From Raillietiella orientalis (taxonomy: Eukaryota), in NCBI GenBank assembly GCA_036172245.1, contig JAYWIR010000023.1, positions 434,001-498,000 on the forward strand: DNA of 64,000 nt, given 5' to 3'. The notes under the pieces were generated by a model. That model did not search any database and was not told where the DNA came from. It saw only the letters and a program-made list of their open reading frames with translations. Below are positions 36,804 through 50,141 of this stretch, piece after piece; the first letter of the stretch is position 1, and the number at the start of each line of letters is the position of its first letter. The translations under genes and the position numbers were made by a program.

Positions 36804-38947
36804 ATGAATATAACAAATACATTAAACATGCCTCAACAGGTAATTAATTTTAATCCTCTGATTGTTTCATTATGTTACCACAAAAAGTGTCTCTTTGCTT
36901 GAATCTAGCAAATGACAAGTTTAATGCAATAAGCATTTCATATCAAAAATCGGAATTTTAAACTTGGATTCTCAGCTTCAGGAAGTGGATCAGTTCCCAC
37001 TTGCCTGTTTTTGCCAGTTTGTATTTCTAAATGTTTCATGCATGACATTTTCATGAGATTGAAGGATTTAATTTTTTGTATTCTAGAGATTCATCGCAAA
37101 TCCTCAGAATTCACTTGTGGAAAGAGACAAAATATATAGATGGATTGAAGAACTATGTGATCCAAAAACTCGTGAAAATGCCCTTATCGAATTAAGGTAG
37201 TTTTAGAATGCATATTTTTAGCTTCAAATTCATCATGTATTCATGTCATCATATCTTGTCATGTTGGTAAAACTTAAGGTATTGTTAGTATTATTAGCCC
37301 TGAACAGCGAAAGGTGTAAGATGATATTATATTTAGTGGACAAAGGCTTTCAGACACAAGACACAAAATTCATTTCTCTTGCAAACTATTGATGATTGAA
37401 TGCGGATGCATGCATGTGCATGCATATGTATGTATGTGAGTATGCAATTATGTGTGTGTATTTGTACCAACAAAATATTGCTTATAAACTTTAATAAGTA
37501 ATGCTTACTTGACCCAAAATATAGCTTACTTGGAATTATCTTGAACTTTTGAATTAGATTGTTTTTGTTACATGGTCTGCTCTTACATTATGAAGCCTAA
37601 GGTCAAGTGGCACCACAGAAAAATCTAGTTATTACAGATAAATTCAGTTTCCAATGCAACTGATGTACAGTGGATGAAATTCTTTAGTGTTTATTTTACT
37701 CTTTGTTTATTTCGTATGTTATCTATTGCACAGTTTTTTGTTTACCTCTCGAGCACTTGAAAGAATGGTTTTGCAATTATTGCGTTTTTGTTTTGCAGAT
37801 TTTGTAGGTAACACTAATCATTTTCTCGGGTTCTGTACATGCAAAATTTGAAACGTGTTCAGATGAATTTGTTGATTTCTATTGGATTTTGAAGTACTGT
37901 TGTAGAATGAGGACAAATAATCTCATTGTTAATCCAGGATGTTACAGACTTATGCATTTTTTTATTTTGTGATTGTTTATTATTGCAGTTTTGAAAATCA
38001 TTTTTGTTACAGTTTTGTATCTCAATATTTCCAGTAAAAAACGAGAGACAGTTCCTGATCTTGCTCCTATGCTGTGGCATTCTTTTGGAAGCATTGCTGC
38101 TCTTCTACAAGAGATCATCCTCATTTATCCAAATATTAATCCTCCTACTCTTACTGCTCTTCAGTCTAGTCATGTTTGCAATGCTTTGGCACTATTGCAA
38201 TGTGTTGCTTCACACCGTGATACTCGTCTTGCTTTTCTAAAGGCCCACATTCCCTTATTTTTGTATCCATTTCTTCATACTGTAAGCAGAACTCGTCAGT
38301 TTGAATACTTAAGGTTGACTAGTCTTGGAGTGATTGGAGCTCTTGTAAAAGTATGCCTTTATTACTAAAGGTTAGCTCAAAGCTGATGTTTTCTGCAGAC
38401 AGACGATCAAGATGTTATCAATTTTTTGTTGACTACAGAAATCATACCATTATGTTTACGGATTATGGAAACAGGTTCTGAATTATCCAAGACTGTGGCA
38501 ACTTTCATTTTGCAAAAAATTTTGTTGGATGAAACTGGACTTAACTACATATGCCAAACATATGAGCGATTCTCCCATGTTGCCATGATTCTGGTAAGCA
38601 AATCTGTATGTGTTGAATAATATCTCAAAATTTCTAAGGGGAAAATGGTTTTTGCCCTCAGCAAAGAACCATCAGCTCGCTTGCTAAAACATGTCGTACG
38701 TTGTTATTTAAGACTGTCAGACAATTCAAGGTGAGTCACTTATTTGATTGAGAAATCTATCCTGGTGTCTAGAGCACGGGAAGCACTTCGGTCTTGTTTG
38801 CCAGATCAGCTTAGAGACAATACTTTTCTGTGCTGCTTGAAAGATGATAAGCCTACCAAACATTGGCTTAGCATGCTGATTAAGAATTTGGATTCTGGTC
38901 CTGACATACGTGGCAATATTCCTGGAAACTTATCGATTGGCCAATAA
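36804..38947 (+). CDS. CNOT9: CCR4-NOT complex subunit 9 (Rcd-1/Caf40), ~307 aa; exons 36804-36839, 37087-37196, 38035-38350, 38399-38593, 38639-38730, 38773-38947
   Basis: Exons sum to 924 nt in frame. Highly conserved peptides [112 protein letters not shown] and [16 protein letters not shown]. Confidence 0.97.
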
Positions 38948-41900
38948 GAAATATGGATCCTTAGCATGGCTTGCCTTCTCTTTGGTAGTTTTGTAATTCT
39001 TTTCAACCATTGGTTACTACGACTTTTAACTTTACAGTTTTTGCCCAATTTCGGAGCTGTTTTAATATGTAGTATTATAACAACGTTTTGCAATTTACCA
39101 ATGTTTAAAGTCATATCAGCATGATCACTAATGAAAAGCATTTTACTGCTTTGATCAAGTTGTATACATAACTCATTGTAATCAGTTGATGATAATTGAA
39201 AATAAGAATATGAATGAGGAAGTTTAATTTCTAAAATTGATTTTTTTGGTGTAAATGGGTAAGTGGTATCAATTGTTTTTGATGAGTACAGTTGGAAGTG
39301 TTTGGCAGAGTTAGCTGCACCTTTATTTTTTCCATGTGCAGTCAAAACTTCATGAGAAAAATGTACAAAATTAAAAATCAATGTTGGTCTTAATCCTAGT
39401 GATAAGAGTTCAAAAATTCTAGTTTTCAGTTTGATTTATTCAAGTTCCAATTTGATGTGCATGCCCTCTGAAGTTGGACCTACTGTAGTCCATTGCATTC
39501 CTGTCCATTGTGTGTTGATCTTATGTTGTGCGGCATGCATCACTGGGCCTCCATTGCACCAGAACTTTATTCATACGATGGTGTATATGATTCTTTTACT
39601 TAGATTTTGAATAGTTCATGTTAACAAAACTCTAGTGATCTGTGATAAGTCAGAAGTTCGTGATAAGTCAAGTTAAAAGCAGTTAATTTCAAACGAGAAT
39701 CCCAACTTGGATACGAAGAATTGTATACTCCTTGTGTTTGGTCATACCGAGTTCCAGTTGAGTATCTTTTCAAGTGATACTGCACACTACATAAACAGTG
39801 CCACTACATAGGCTTTCAGGGAACATGATGAAAACAGCAGAGTTCACAGTGGCACCGTCTGTCCTTGAACATCAGGTTGTGGAATGAGGCGAATGGAGAC
39901 GAGCAGTGCGACAGTCTTCACCACACAGTCTTTAAGTTTTTCGAACGGAGTTCCGAAAGAGTTACAGTTCTTGTGGAACCAGATTATGGATCACATAACC
40001 TAAAATGTACACGTGGATTTGCATTGTGAGAGTCGGCTATTAAACCGTTAGATAATTCGTTTTTCCGTTCCAAATTTATCAATGCCACTGTTTATGTCCG
40101 GAATGCCCACTCAAGTTAAAGTGCAAATGTGGAAAACCCCCATAATCATTTCACAACAATGCTTAATCCTTCTTTTTTTTTTCCCCCATCTCTCCGTGTA
40201 GATAAATTGCTCAAGTTCGGCTTTGACAACTCTGCTTGATTGACTTAATTAGTTTCGAAAGGAGTCCATAACCCTTCAATTAGATGTGTCCCCGCATTAT
40301 AAAAGTGTGCTTGTAAGATCTTTGAAGTTCACATCTGTCTATCAGAACGACAGTCATATCTCCAGCTGCAGATTTTATGGCCCATGAGGCCCGGCTTAGC
40401 CCCTTTGGGAGCTTTTGCGTTCCCACAGACAAACGCTAGTGTGTTCGGGAAAGTGAGAGTGCATAATTATCAATAGCATAAGTTAAATCATTCTTTCGAA
40501 TTTCTATGCATTTTTCACATTTTTCACGCGTGCCCATGCAGAGATGACAAGAGAGTGCTTTGCTTTGTCCCAGAGATGAACTTCGTTCTTGAAATCAAAG
40601 TGAATGAAAATTTGAAAATCGTAAAGTACTGGTAGGTGTTTCGTAGGTGTTTTTTTTTTTTTTTTTTTTGGTATTTGTAGGTGGTTTCTTCTCTCACGCT
40701 AGATCTCCCACTTTGTCCACCAAGTGAACTTCATCTTACATCTTGCTATGCAGAAGTTTTGTGTAAAACTTTCTACCGCCAAAATTGCTGAACCTAAGTA
40801 ATGTCGAGATGTATCAGGATATTTGTCGGCTTTTATTTGATAGAGGCGGCATTGAATTTTTTTTCAACAACTTTTTTTCAACTTTTTTCAACTGTTTTTG
40901 GAAATGTGGCGCTCTCACACCATAGGCAACAACCCTCCTTGGTAAAGCGCACCAGGAAGCTTCAACGATAGCAATTCTTCTTCACGTTAGCGTTTGCTCT
41001 CCTGAAAAAAAAAAAAACACAATCACTGTTTTCCGTGTACGTACCCAGTAACTTTCCATGCTCCGTGCCTTTCACGAAAGTCACTTGGATCAAATCCAAA
41101 ATCGATTAGCCTCTTACCTTTTTTCAAGCTGCACAAATAATTGGTTGGCAGTCTTATCGGTCGATTTTTTTTTATTTAAAGTTTCTTTGTGTCTGACTCA
41201 TCAAAAACCTTCCTCTCCATCCACATATTCCCTTTGGATCTTTATCGGGACTGACCGTACGTTCCGCTAAAGAGAATGCTGCTCATTCGGTGGGCGAGTT
41301 CCGCTCTGCAATAACCTTAGGAGGAATCGGGAAGCCTGCAGTCATTGACCGTCTCGCGAGTGTGGTTGGTGTACAAACTTCATCCTTTGAAGCAGTTGAT
41401 TCCACAAATGTCAAGGACATCATTTTTTTGCTTCTCAAAATAAACGCTGAAGATTTACTTTCGTTTCTGCAAGAGACCTATCGTTCTTTGCCTCATTTCA
41501 TTCGAAAATGGCGTTCTCAATTTTATCGTGATACTCATTACACACCAAGGTGGCACTGCTTTTGCAAACCGCCTCGTGTTGACAACGTATTGCACGTTTC
41601 CTGTGCGTTTTATGGCATGCGCCACGTATGAGTAGAAGCTGTAAAGATGTTTTGATTTTCTAAACGATCCAAAATCCAATTTCTACACAATCGGCGTCAC
41701 ACTTTCACGAGACCCGGCCGAGCTCTCACGGACGCGCTTTGTCGGTGACTACACGTGATATGTAGAAGGGTCACCATGGGACCATCATTCTTCAGTTTTG
41801 CTTCTATTCCCGAGGATTTGCCGGACCAATAGTGCCGTTGTAGTTTGATCAAACTTCCATCGTGCACTTTTATTGTTTCCATGGCTAGCTTGATGGAGCC

Positions 41901-41949
41901 TTAAACCGGAAAGAGCTTTCAGGTTTATAAGATTTCGCAGGCACGTGGG

Positions 41950-42500
41950 AAAGAGAGAAGTATCCCTGTCTAGTTGTACGCATCTGAAGGCACGGGATGA
42001 AAGCTCTGCGTACCAGAGCCACAACATCGATTGCGTTTTCGGATTTTTACAGATCTTTTGAGGAAATAACTGAATTCGCTCATTTCTTTGAACGATTCTG
42101 CGCTTCGAAGACATGGACTCTTGAGATCAGTTTAGAATATTCTAACTGGCAAAATGGCTGCAACTTTGTCTCCTTGCTGATATCATCAATAAAAGCATTC
42201 TTTTTCAAATCGTTACCAGTTGCGAATGAATTCTTTCGGTTGCATTTGCTTCTTGTGCGAACTCTTGTGCTGCCTTTGCCCAGACCTCTGAGGCATCATG
42301 TTCGTGCTGTTCGTGTCCAGTTTGCAAAGGCATCTTCTACACCAGGTATCCATTTTCAGTTGTACACCTACCTTTCCAGGTGAGTACAGTTGGATGTTTC
42401 TGGAAGTGACCACTGTCATTTTTCCATTTTTCGTAATTCTTTAGAACTGATTTCCTCCGAGCCTCTTAAAATATTGTCTTCCTCTTGCCACGGATTTTGT
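41950..42500 (-). mobile_element. Possible FLYWCH/MULE transposase N-terminal remnant
   Basis: Frameshifted peptides RGRQYFKRLGGNQF, WKGRCTTENG...HEHDASEVWAKAA, ATERIHSQLVT and KRRIVQRNERIQLFP...NPKT follow the order seen in FLYWCH-MULE proteins. The DDE core is not visible. Confidence 0.3.
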
Positions 42501-45500
42501 TTCATTTTGTTTTCCAACTACTTCATTGGACTATCATGCTTCCATGTTATTTACGAGACAACATTTTGTGGTGTCTTACGGAAGATGATTTGGCCATGAA
42601 TCTAGTGTCCGCTTGTGCTCACATCAGTAGTTGTAGCTGCTACAGATTGTTTTCATGTTTTTCATTTGAGTGTTGAGAAACGACGAAGGCAATCCAGTCT
42701 CCAAGATCGATGAACCGTTTGCTCTGAAAATGCGGCACGAAACATCACTCGGTGTCGAGAGGTCGAACGTGGGAAAAGGAAAAGGGCAAAGGAATTGAGA
42801 AGAGGAAAAAAAAAAACACCATCTTACATAGCTGCTCTTAAAATCTGTTTATAAGGTTCGTGGCGGGTCGAAGACAATGGAAGAAACACATTCCATGGAA
42901 CTCCGCTCCTCCATAAACTTTGCTCAAGATGACCAGAAATGGAAGTTCTGAAGTGATTCACACGGAAATGCTTCAGAGTTTGCATTCTAATACAAGCAGT
43001 CACCAATCCTGTAGTAAGCAAAAGGCGCGTGGATGCTGCGGCTTTTGGTCGACCTGAATGAAATCGGTGCTCATCTTGAAATTCTACACTTTTCTGTTGC
43101 ACAGTCTGTTTGCTCTGCACGTCCCTGTAAATGGACTATTGAATAGCTCCAGCAAGGCAAAGTTAAAAGAAAAAAAAAAAAAAAAAAACACCGCGGCGCC
43201 TCCATGCATCGTTGGGATAACACCAAGATACACATCTCGAAGTATGACTTATTCTGACAACCTCATCAGAATTTAAACAAGCGCATCCCCAACGCAAAAG
43301 AATAGCTTTGCATCCGCGGATCCCCAAAATTTTCTTGGAAACAGCGACTTGCTGCTGCCAACCATAATTTTGGTGTCACTCGTGGATCTAGGTGCGTGTT
43401 ATGTTCTGCTCCACAAGTGGTCCGCCTCGAGCTGATGCCTTTTTGAAAGTCATGGTACAATTCAGAAGTATTAACATCCAGTACATTCAACATTCCCTTT
43501 CCTTGGTCCTTTTTTTTTTTTTGTTTGTCATGTTTTTCTTCTAGTGATTTCGAGCAAGAGTTGATGACTTCATCGGCATCTTTGCATTTTTAGCTGTTTG
43601 ATTTTATGAGCTCCAAATGTCTCGGAATTTTTCCGTGCTGGCGTTCTGACTTTTTATAAGTACCAGCACTTCAGCTCCCTGAAGATGCGACACCTGCTTG
43701 CGATGAGAAGGAACCAGGTGATTCATCAAGCTGTATGTGGCTCATATCAAAGAGGCGTGATAAGAACTAAAGAAGAACTGGAGAAGTGTTGCATCAGTGG
43801 ACATTTAGAAGATTTAAAAAAGGAATCTCGACGGATGTTTTCGATAATAACAAAAAAAAGAAGAGGAAGAAGCTTGCTTTCCATTTGGCATCAGCAAAAG
43901 AAAGCGAGATAACCGAAAAAGAAGACGATTTGTAAAAACTTGAATTTCCATCGTCATGTTGTTTTTCGTCTTCACGATTCTAGTAGGCTGGCAGCATGTC
44001 TTTTCAAGGAAAGGTTAAAACGCTAGCAGGTGCCACGATCTCATGAAATGCTAGACTCTCTATTCAAAACTCTTCCGAGAGTATCAAAGGAATCGCAGTC
44101 AGTTATGCAAAAGAGGGGAAGCAGACTCACATTCAGCACAATGTGTCCAGAACTCTTAAAGACGAAAGCAAATACTCCGGCTGGAAGCAGCAGCCTTCCG
44201 TAAGTCCCATTTCCCGGAGGAAAACGTGGGCTGGCTCCACGCACAAGGCAAACATTTCATTCGCAGGTATCGGCTTGGCTACATTCTATTCCTTTGTTAA
44301 TGCTACATAAAGGCCTTTGTAGAATATATTGCGATTGCTCGATGTATTGTGCTAATCTGCTTATCACTTGCAGAAAAAAAAAAAAAATGCAGTAAGTAGA
44401 AGTTATGATAGCAGCATCCCAATCGTGAGCGAACATCCACCGCCAGTATCAGATCAAGAAATCAGTGTGGTCCTCAAATGAAGTTATGATTATTCACATA
44501 ATCACTCTAATGGAATCAAGGCTATCACAGTGTTTAGTAATATGACTTGCTGATTTGATAATAATTTCCTTGAGGAGTCAGGAATTCTGCACAGCATCTT
44601 TCCATGAGCAGGGACACATTTCCTTGGACGAGTGCAATCCTTTGGATATGCAGCACCTAAGCAACATGCTAAGCAGGGACCAAGAAATTAGGGAAATTCA
44701 GCACGCGACTCAAATAGATTCCATTTCCCGCGAGGCGAAAATATTTCGGAAAAACTGGTCATCTGTGTTTGTCGGGTGACCCGTGATTGCCACCCGTGTC
44801 AAGTTATCTGCTGACAACTCAGAACTGGAACTACAGAGTCAGGGTGTCCAAGTATCGTGTTGATTATCACGATGGAGTCCCAGTAATAATAAACATAATG
44901 AACCCGAACCAGCCAGAGGTTCACTTGAGGTTGCTGCCATGGAAACCGCAGTTTCTTTCACATCCCAGCATTTGAATTTCGCTTTGATCTTTTGATTCCC
45001 GAGACAAATATTCAGACAACCCGCTGCTTCTTGCGTGTCCGGACTTCATGAGCTGCTCGTGAGCCAGCGTGAAATTATTTGGTATTCCAAAACACAAGCA
45101 TTTTCATATATTCTCTTTGCTCGCAGCATCCGTTTTGTTTAGGAATTCTCCACCAAAATTTGTCAAATGACGCTGACATGCCATGCATCCCATGCTTGCG
45201 ATTGCTCTGTGTGAAGCAAAAGTCTTCTTCTGATGCCAACTCACAAAGAGTCCTGCTCCAAGGGAGCGTTGCCAAATGGAGGTCCAGATTTTTGAAGCGA
45301 AGATCTTCAAAGAAAGCAACATTTTGCGAAATCTCCGGGACTGATTAACGACTGTTCCCACAATTAGTCTGGGAAGTGACTGGAAACTGCAATTCCCCTC
45401 GAAAAATCCCAACTTTTTTTTTTTTTTGCACCTCAAGTCGCTCAAAAAAATATCTGGATCGGTCAGGTCAGCTCACGTTGCAGGTGCTCCAAGTGCTTTC

Positions 45501-48500
45501 TAGGCCTCCAGCAATTCTACTACTCCTTTCACCGAACTTTTCGAGTGCTTTTCATCGACGTATTTCCATTCTAAAGATGCTTTTCGTTCTAACGACACGA
45601 AGTACTTTTTGATTCTACCCAAGGCAGTTCAGAAATGTGAGAATGTGCTTTGCAGAAGGAACGTGCAGGCCGCCCGAGTTGGTATTGCATCGAACTGGAG
45701 CTTCAGCTAAGTTTGAGGATTTCAGATACAGAACGATTCACTGCATCCTTGAGCTGACCATCCTTCGGACGACTCTGGAAGAGTTCTTTCCCAAACGGCG
45801 CGCTGTTGAAGGATTGGATCAAAGATCGCGCTCGCAAGGATGCCACCCTGCAGGCTCAACCCGAAGCACCATCCCTATGACATCCGAGATTTACAAACTC
45901 GCTTCAAGAAAGCGGTGAGAGCTGCGCTTTCTGACGGTTTGTCCTCCTCAACACTGACAGGAAGCTGCGCTCAGGGATCAAGTGAGAGGTCCACTGTTTA
46001 ATGACAACGGGAAATGCTATATCTCTTTTCGTGTCTTTATGATTTCATAATCTCAGTCTTGCAGCCAAGTCCGGTGGCTTCATTGCTTATGATTTGTGGC
46101 TGCCGCTTTCCCTTCTCATTTCTGCTATTTCCCTTTGTCATGTTTTAGGAGGAAAGAAATCCGTGTATCCTGTGGTCATTTTCACGATGTTACATAAGCA
46201 CAAATCCCTAGCGCAGCGTCTCCCAAACTATGTTCCGCGGAAAGTCAGTAAGTGTTCCGCGAAAAATTATGAAAATTAATAAATGCCATTAAGATTGTTT
46301 CACTATTTTCATATGCTTTGTTTCAGAGAATGAAAATTTGAGAATAAACACTTACATTACTCTTATGTTTACTTGATTAATTTATTTATTATCAATATGC
46401 ACCTATACTATAAAATAACCAAGGTATTCCGTTAAAATTTCAGGATTTGCAGAGTGTTCCGTCATAGGAAAAGTTTGAAAAACGCTGCCCTAGTGAATCC
46501 TTGCAATCATTTGAAGGACTGAAAGTAGAGACTGTATCTACGGACTTGCAAAAATTGGGGATCCGAAACAAGCGAAATAGTTCAGGGAAAAATTCAATTT
46601 TGCCAATCTGATATGGCAACACTGATGCAAGTAAATCTTTGCTAACAGATGAATATCAAAACACTTGGAGCATGGAGGAATGAGAAAGCCTAAAAGATTG
46701 AGAATATAAAAAAAAGAGCAAGGAGTATGCAAATGTCGGGCATTATCCTTTCGAGATTCTTGGGGTTTTGAGAGAAACCAAAGGAGTTTAAGGGTTATTC
46801 AAACTCCACGCTTCCACGTGTTTCGCTTTTCCTTTTTTCCCCCTCCTTTCAGACCGGAACCCAGATATTTCCTGCTCGGTTGATGGACTTCGGTAATTTA
46901 CCTCAACCACGTTTCGCCGAAATAGGGATCACAAGCGGAGGGTGTTCACGTGTTGCTGCGTCAAACTGTGGTCTGAGTCCCAGGATCTTGTCTGGTGTAA
47001 ATCGTAGCAACAGAATAATGAATGACGTAGCAGCACCGATCTCTGCAAAAAACGGTAGGTTTTACCTGCACATAGCACCGTCAATAGCTCCCACTTCGTT
47101 GTTATGGAGAGCAGGGGTTCTCAAAGGTCAAGTTCGTTCGGCAGCGCTTCCTGAAAGCTCGAATCTCTCTTACCTGGCGTTCCTAATCGATCCACGTTTG
47201 CAGACACGGATGCAGCACATGGGAATCTGGAGATCTGAGTGCAATTTATTGGAATCGCTTTTCTATCGACTGTGGTGCATCATCTACGTACGAGACATTA
47301 AGAAGAATTCTGGTTTTTACTTCCCTTAGAAATCAAGGGTTGCCTTTCGAAGTGGCTGTCACTCTCTGGCATCTCGATCCTCCAATATAACTGCTTTCCC
47401 TCAACCGAATCCCAGTCTTGCTAGCTCATTATTTAATACATAACAGATCCTTGTACTTGGTGCTTAGTTTGATCGCCAAGTGCGCGGGTTACGGATTATG
47501 GCTTCCGCTTCCTTCCGGCAAATGAACGGATCCTGACTCAGAGAGCACAGCTTCCTCATGTGTACCTCGCAGGCTGACGGTGCACAGCGCTTAGTGCATA
47601 CACTTGAATAGAGTGCGCGCACCGTGATTGGATCCCCATACATTTCCAGTCACTCCAAGGATGTGCCTCGGTCTGCTGGAATGTCGTGTAATTTTTGTTT
47701 GAATCCCTGGCATTTCATCACGAACAGGGAGGGGAGGGGGGGGGGGGAAACATAAAAAACACCGGAGTGTTCTGAGGGAGGATGCCCTTCAGTTCTCAAC
47801 CAACATCGTATCTGATTATGTATTGCCAATAAGTGATTTTCTGAACATTTCTTACAGTTGTGACTGGAGTATCTCTCGATCCATTGCTTAGAGCTGCTGC
47901 AATAAGAAACACAGGCAGCTTATTTGGCTAGCACGAAAAAGCATTCTACACATTACTCAAGAGTAAAGAATCGCATGTAGCGGAGCTAGAAAATTATTCT
48001 TAACGTCTTCCGCATAATGAAGCCATAGGTGTTCCTTACAAGGATTGCCACTCCTTTTGTTTCGAATATCCCTTTGTGTATACGACGCGTTTCGTGTTGT
48101 TTTCTTCCTCTTATGAGGTGTATCATTGGAAGAATGGCGATGCATCTTATGGAGCTCTATTTCTTGGAGTGGCGCAGAACATCTTGCAAAATCTCATTCA
48201 GCTAATTTCTTCTGCGACGCGAACGTGCTGCTTCTCTTGACTCGGTCGATCGTTAGTATCACTGAATGATGACTGATGACAGTACGACGATGGTTTCATT
48301 CACTTCCATTACTGTTATTTGTGAGGCGATTCTTGCAGATCGTACTCACAGAAAGGACCAGCTTTGCATCCTTTCCCTTGCTTTTGTTGTTTCCCATTAA
48401 TCTTTTTGTTTAGGAAGAGATCGGTCTCACGAACTCTTTTCTCCCACCGGCTTACTGTATTCAAATTCATGATAATTGACCCCAACAGCTAGTAGCTGTT

Positions 48501-49699
48501 TCCGGATTAATACCTGCAAATAGCTACTCATTCTAATTTTTTCTTTCAATTTTTTCAAACAATCATTTAGACAGTGAAGGAGGGTGATTTAATTATACCT
48601 ATCTAAACACTTAACGATGAATAGAAACTTTCTCGGTAGCATTAGCGCGGTTCATCTGAAAGATGCCAGAAATATCGGTACTTTCCGTACTATATGAAGT
48701 CAGCAAGAGATCGACAAGTAACCGTGGCAATGGATCCTCAAAAGGTGAAGAGATTCGCTTCTATCGGAGATACGCTATGTTCATGGGAAGGGCTTTTTCG
48801 GCGATCTTTGATCTCGCCTTCTCTAAACGTAGTCCATCTTTCCGTGCTCCGCTTCCGGTCATTTTTTCCTCCCATTCCGACGCCGACGCCAACACGTGGT
48901 GTTGCGCAGCGCCGACTCCGTCTTATTGGAATCCGCCGAATTCGCGCTCGCAACGAAACGTATGAGAAAAAAACCTTTTTCGTAAGATTTTGCAAGCTGA
49001 AAATCAACGGAACAAATCTCTTGCCAGACGGTCGAGGGCATTTCAAACCACCCGGTTCTGAGTTGATGGAGGATGCAAAACGAGGCCTTGCAAACTCGGA
49101 TTTGCATCACTGTTATGAGTTGATGATGGAAGTTCCATGGAAGTTTTGTACGTTCCGGAACCAGAACCTATTCTGATTTTGCACCTGAAAAATATTTTAA
49201 GAATACATTTCCCCCAATTAATTGATTTTAATATTCCTAATCAAAAGGTAATATATTATACATTAATCATGAATAATTGTTATAAAAAACATTTGGGGTT
49301 TAGTATATTTTTATTTACTCCAAAATGATTTGGAGTTAAAATATTTTGGGCTTTATAATTTCTAATATTAATTAATTAATTAATACAAATATGCTTCAGT
49401 GAAAATTTACATAGTTTTAATATTATTATGTAACATAAAAATCTCCCCGGTGTTTCACAGCGTTTAAGGCAGGAATGCCAATATCTTTTGGAGAGAAATG
49501 ATGCGTTGGATGCTGAGTAGCTGCAGCCTGAGTGTCTTTTTGCAGCGTAAACTATGTGTAAACAAAAAGTGCAATTTGCATTCTGATAGTTGTGAAGGTC
49601 TTTGCAAAAAAAGTATTGTAATGCAGATGTGCTTATTGCTGATGGCAGATGACAGTTACCGATGACAGAATAGTACAATCACTAAGTCGGAGTGTATGG

Positions 49700-50050
49700 C
49701 TGTCAAGGAGATACTCCCTAAGGGTTACGATCACTGCTCTGGGTGCTCTCTCCAGAGAACGCCAACAGTCAAGTTGAATTGCTTTAGGATTTCCATCGTA
49801 GATGACACTGATGTCCTGAGGTAGCCTCCCAGCAGTCGCCAAACAGGAACGATTGAAACTCGAAAAAAGAAAGAAATGCACGGCAGCATCACTCAAAGTG
49901 CGCAGTCGTGGGTTTCTGGAACTGGGAAGTACATGAGGGACCAATCTTTACAACGGTCAGTTTTCCGAAATAGCCAAATAGTGTACAGCATGTCTTCGGA
50001 ACATCGGCAACATCAGGAAATGAAACATTTGCAAGTATGAACGCATGTGG
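49700..50050 (-). mobile_element. Possible L1/Tx1-type LINE ORF1 remnant adjacent to the piggyBac
   Basis: TLFGYFGKLTVVKI...SRNPRLR...ISVIYDGNPK resembles the FGxV...NGxR...VxYxGQP pattern of L1/Tx1 ORF1. Confidence 0.3.
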
Positions 50051-50141
50051 TCCGCTGGCGTCACAAATGCCAAGTTATCCTTGGTATACTCCATCCATTG
50101 CTCTCGCTGTCCCTGCCTACTCATGAGGTGGATTTCCTTAA

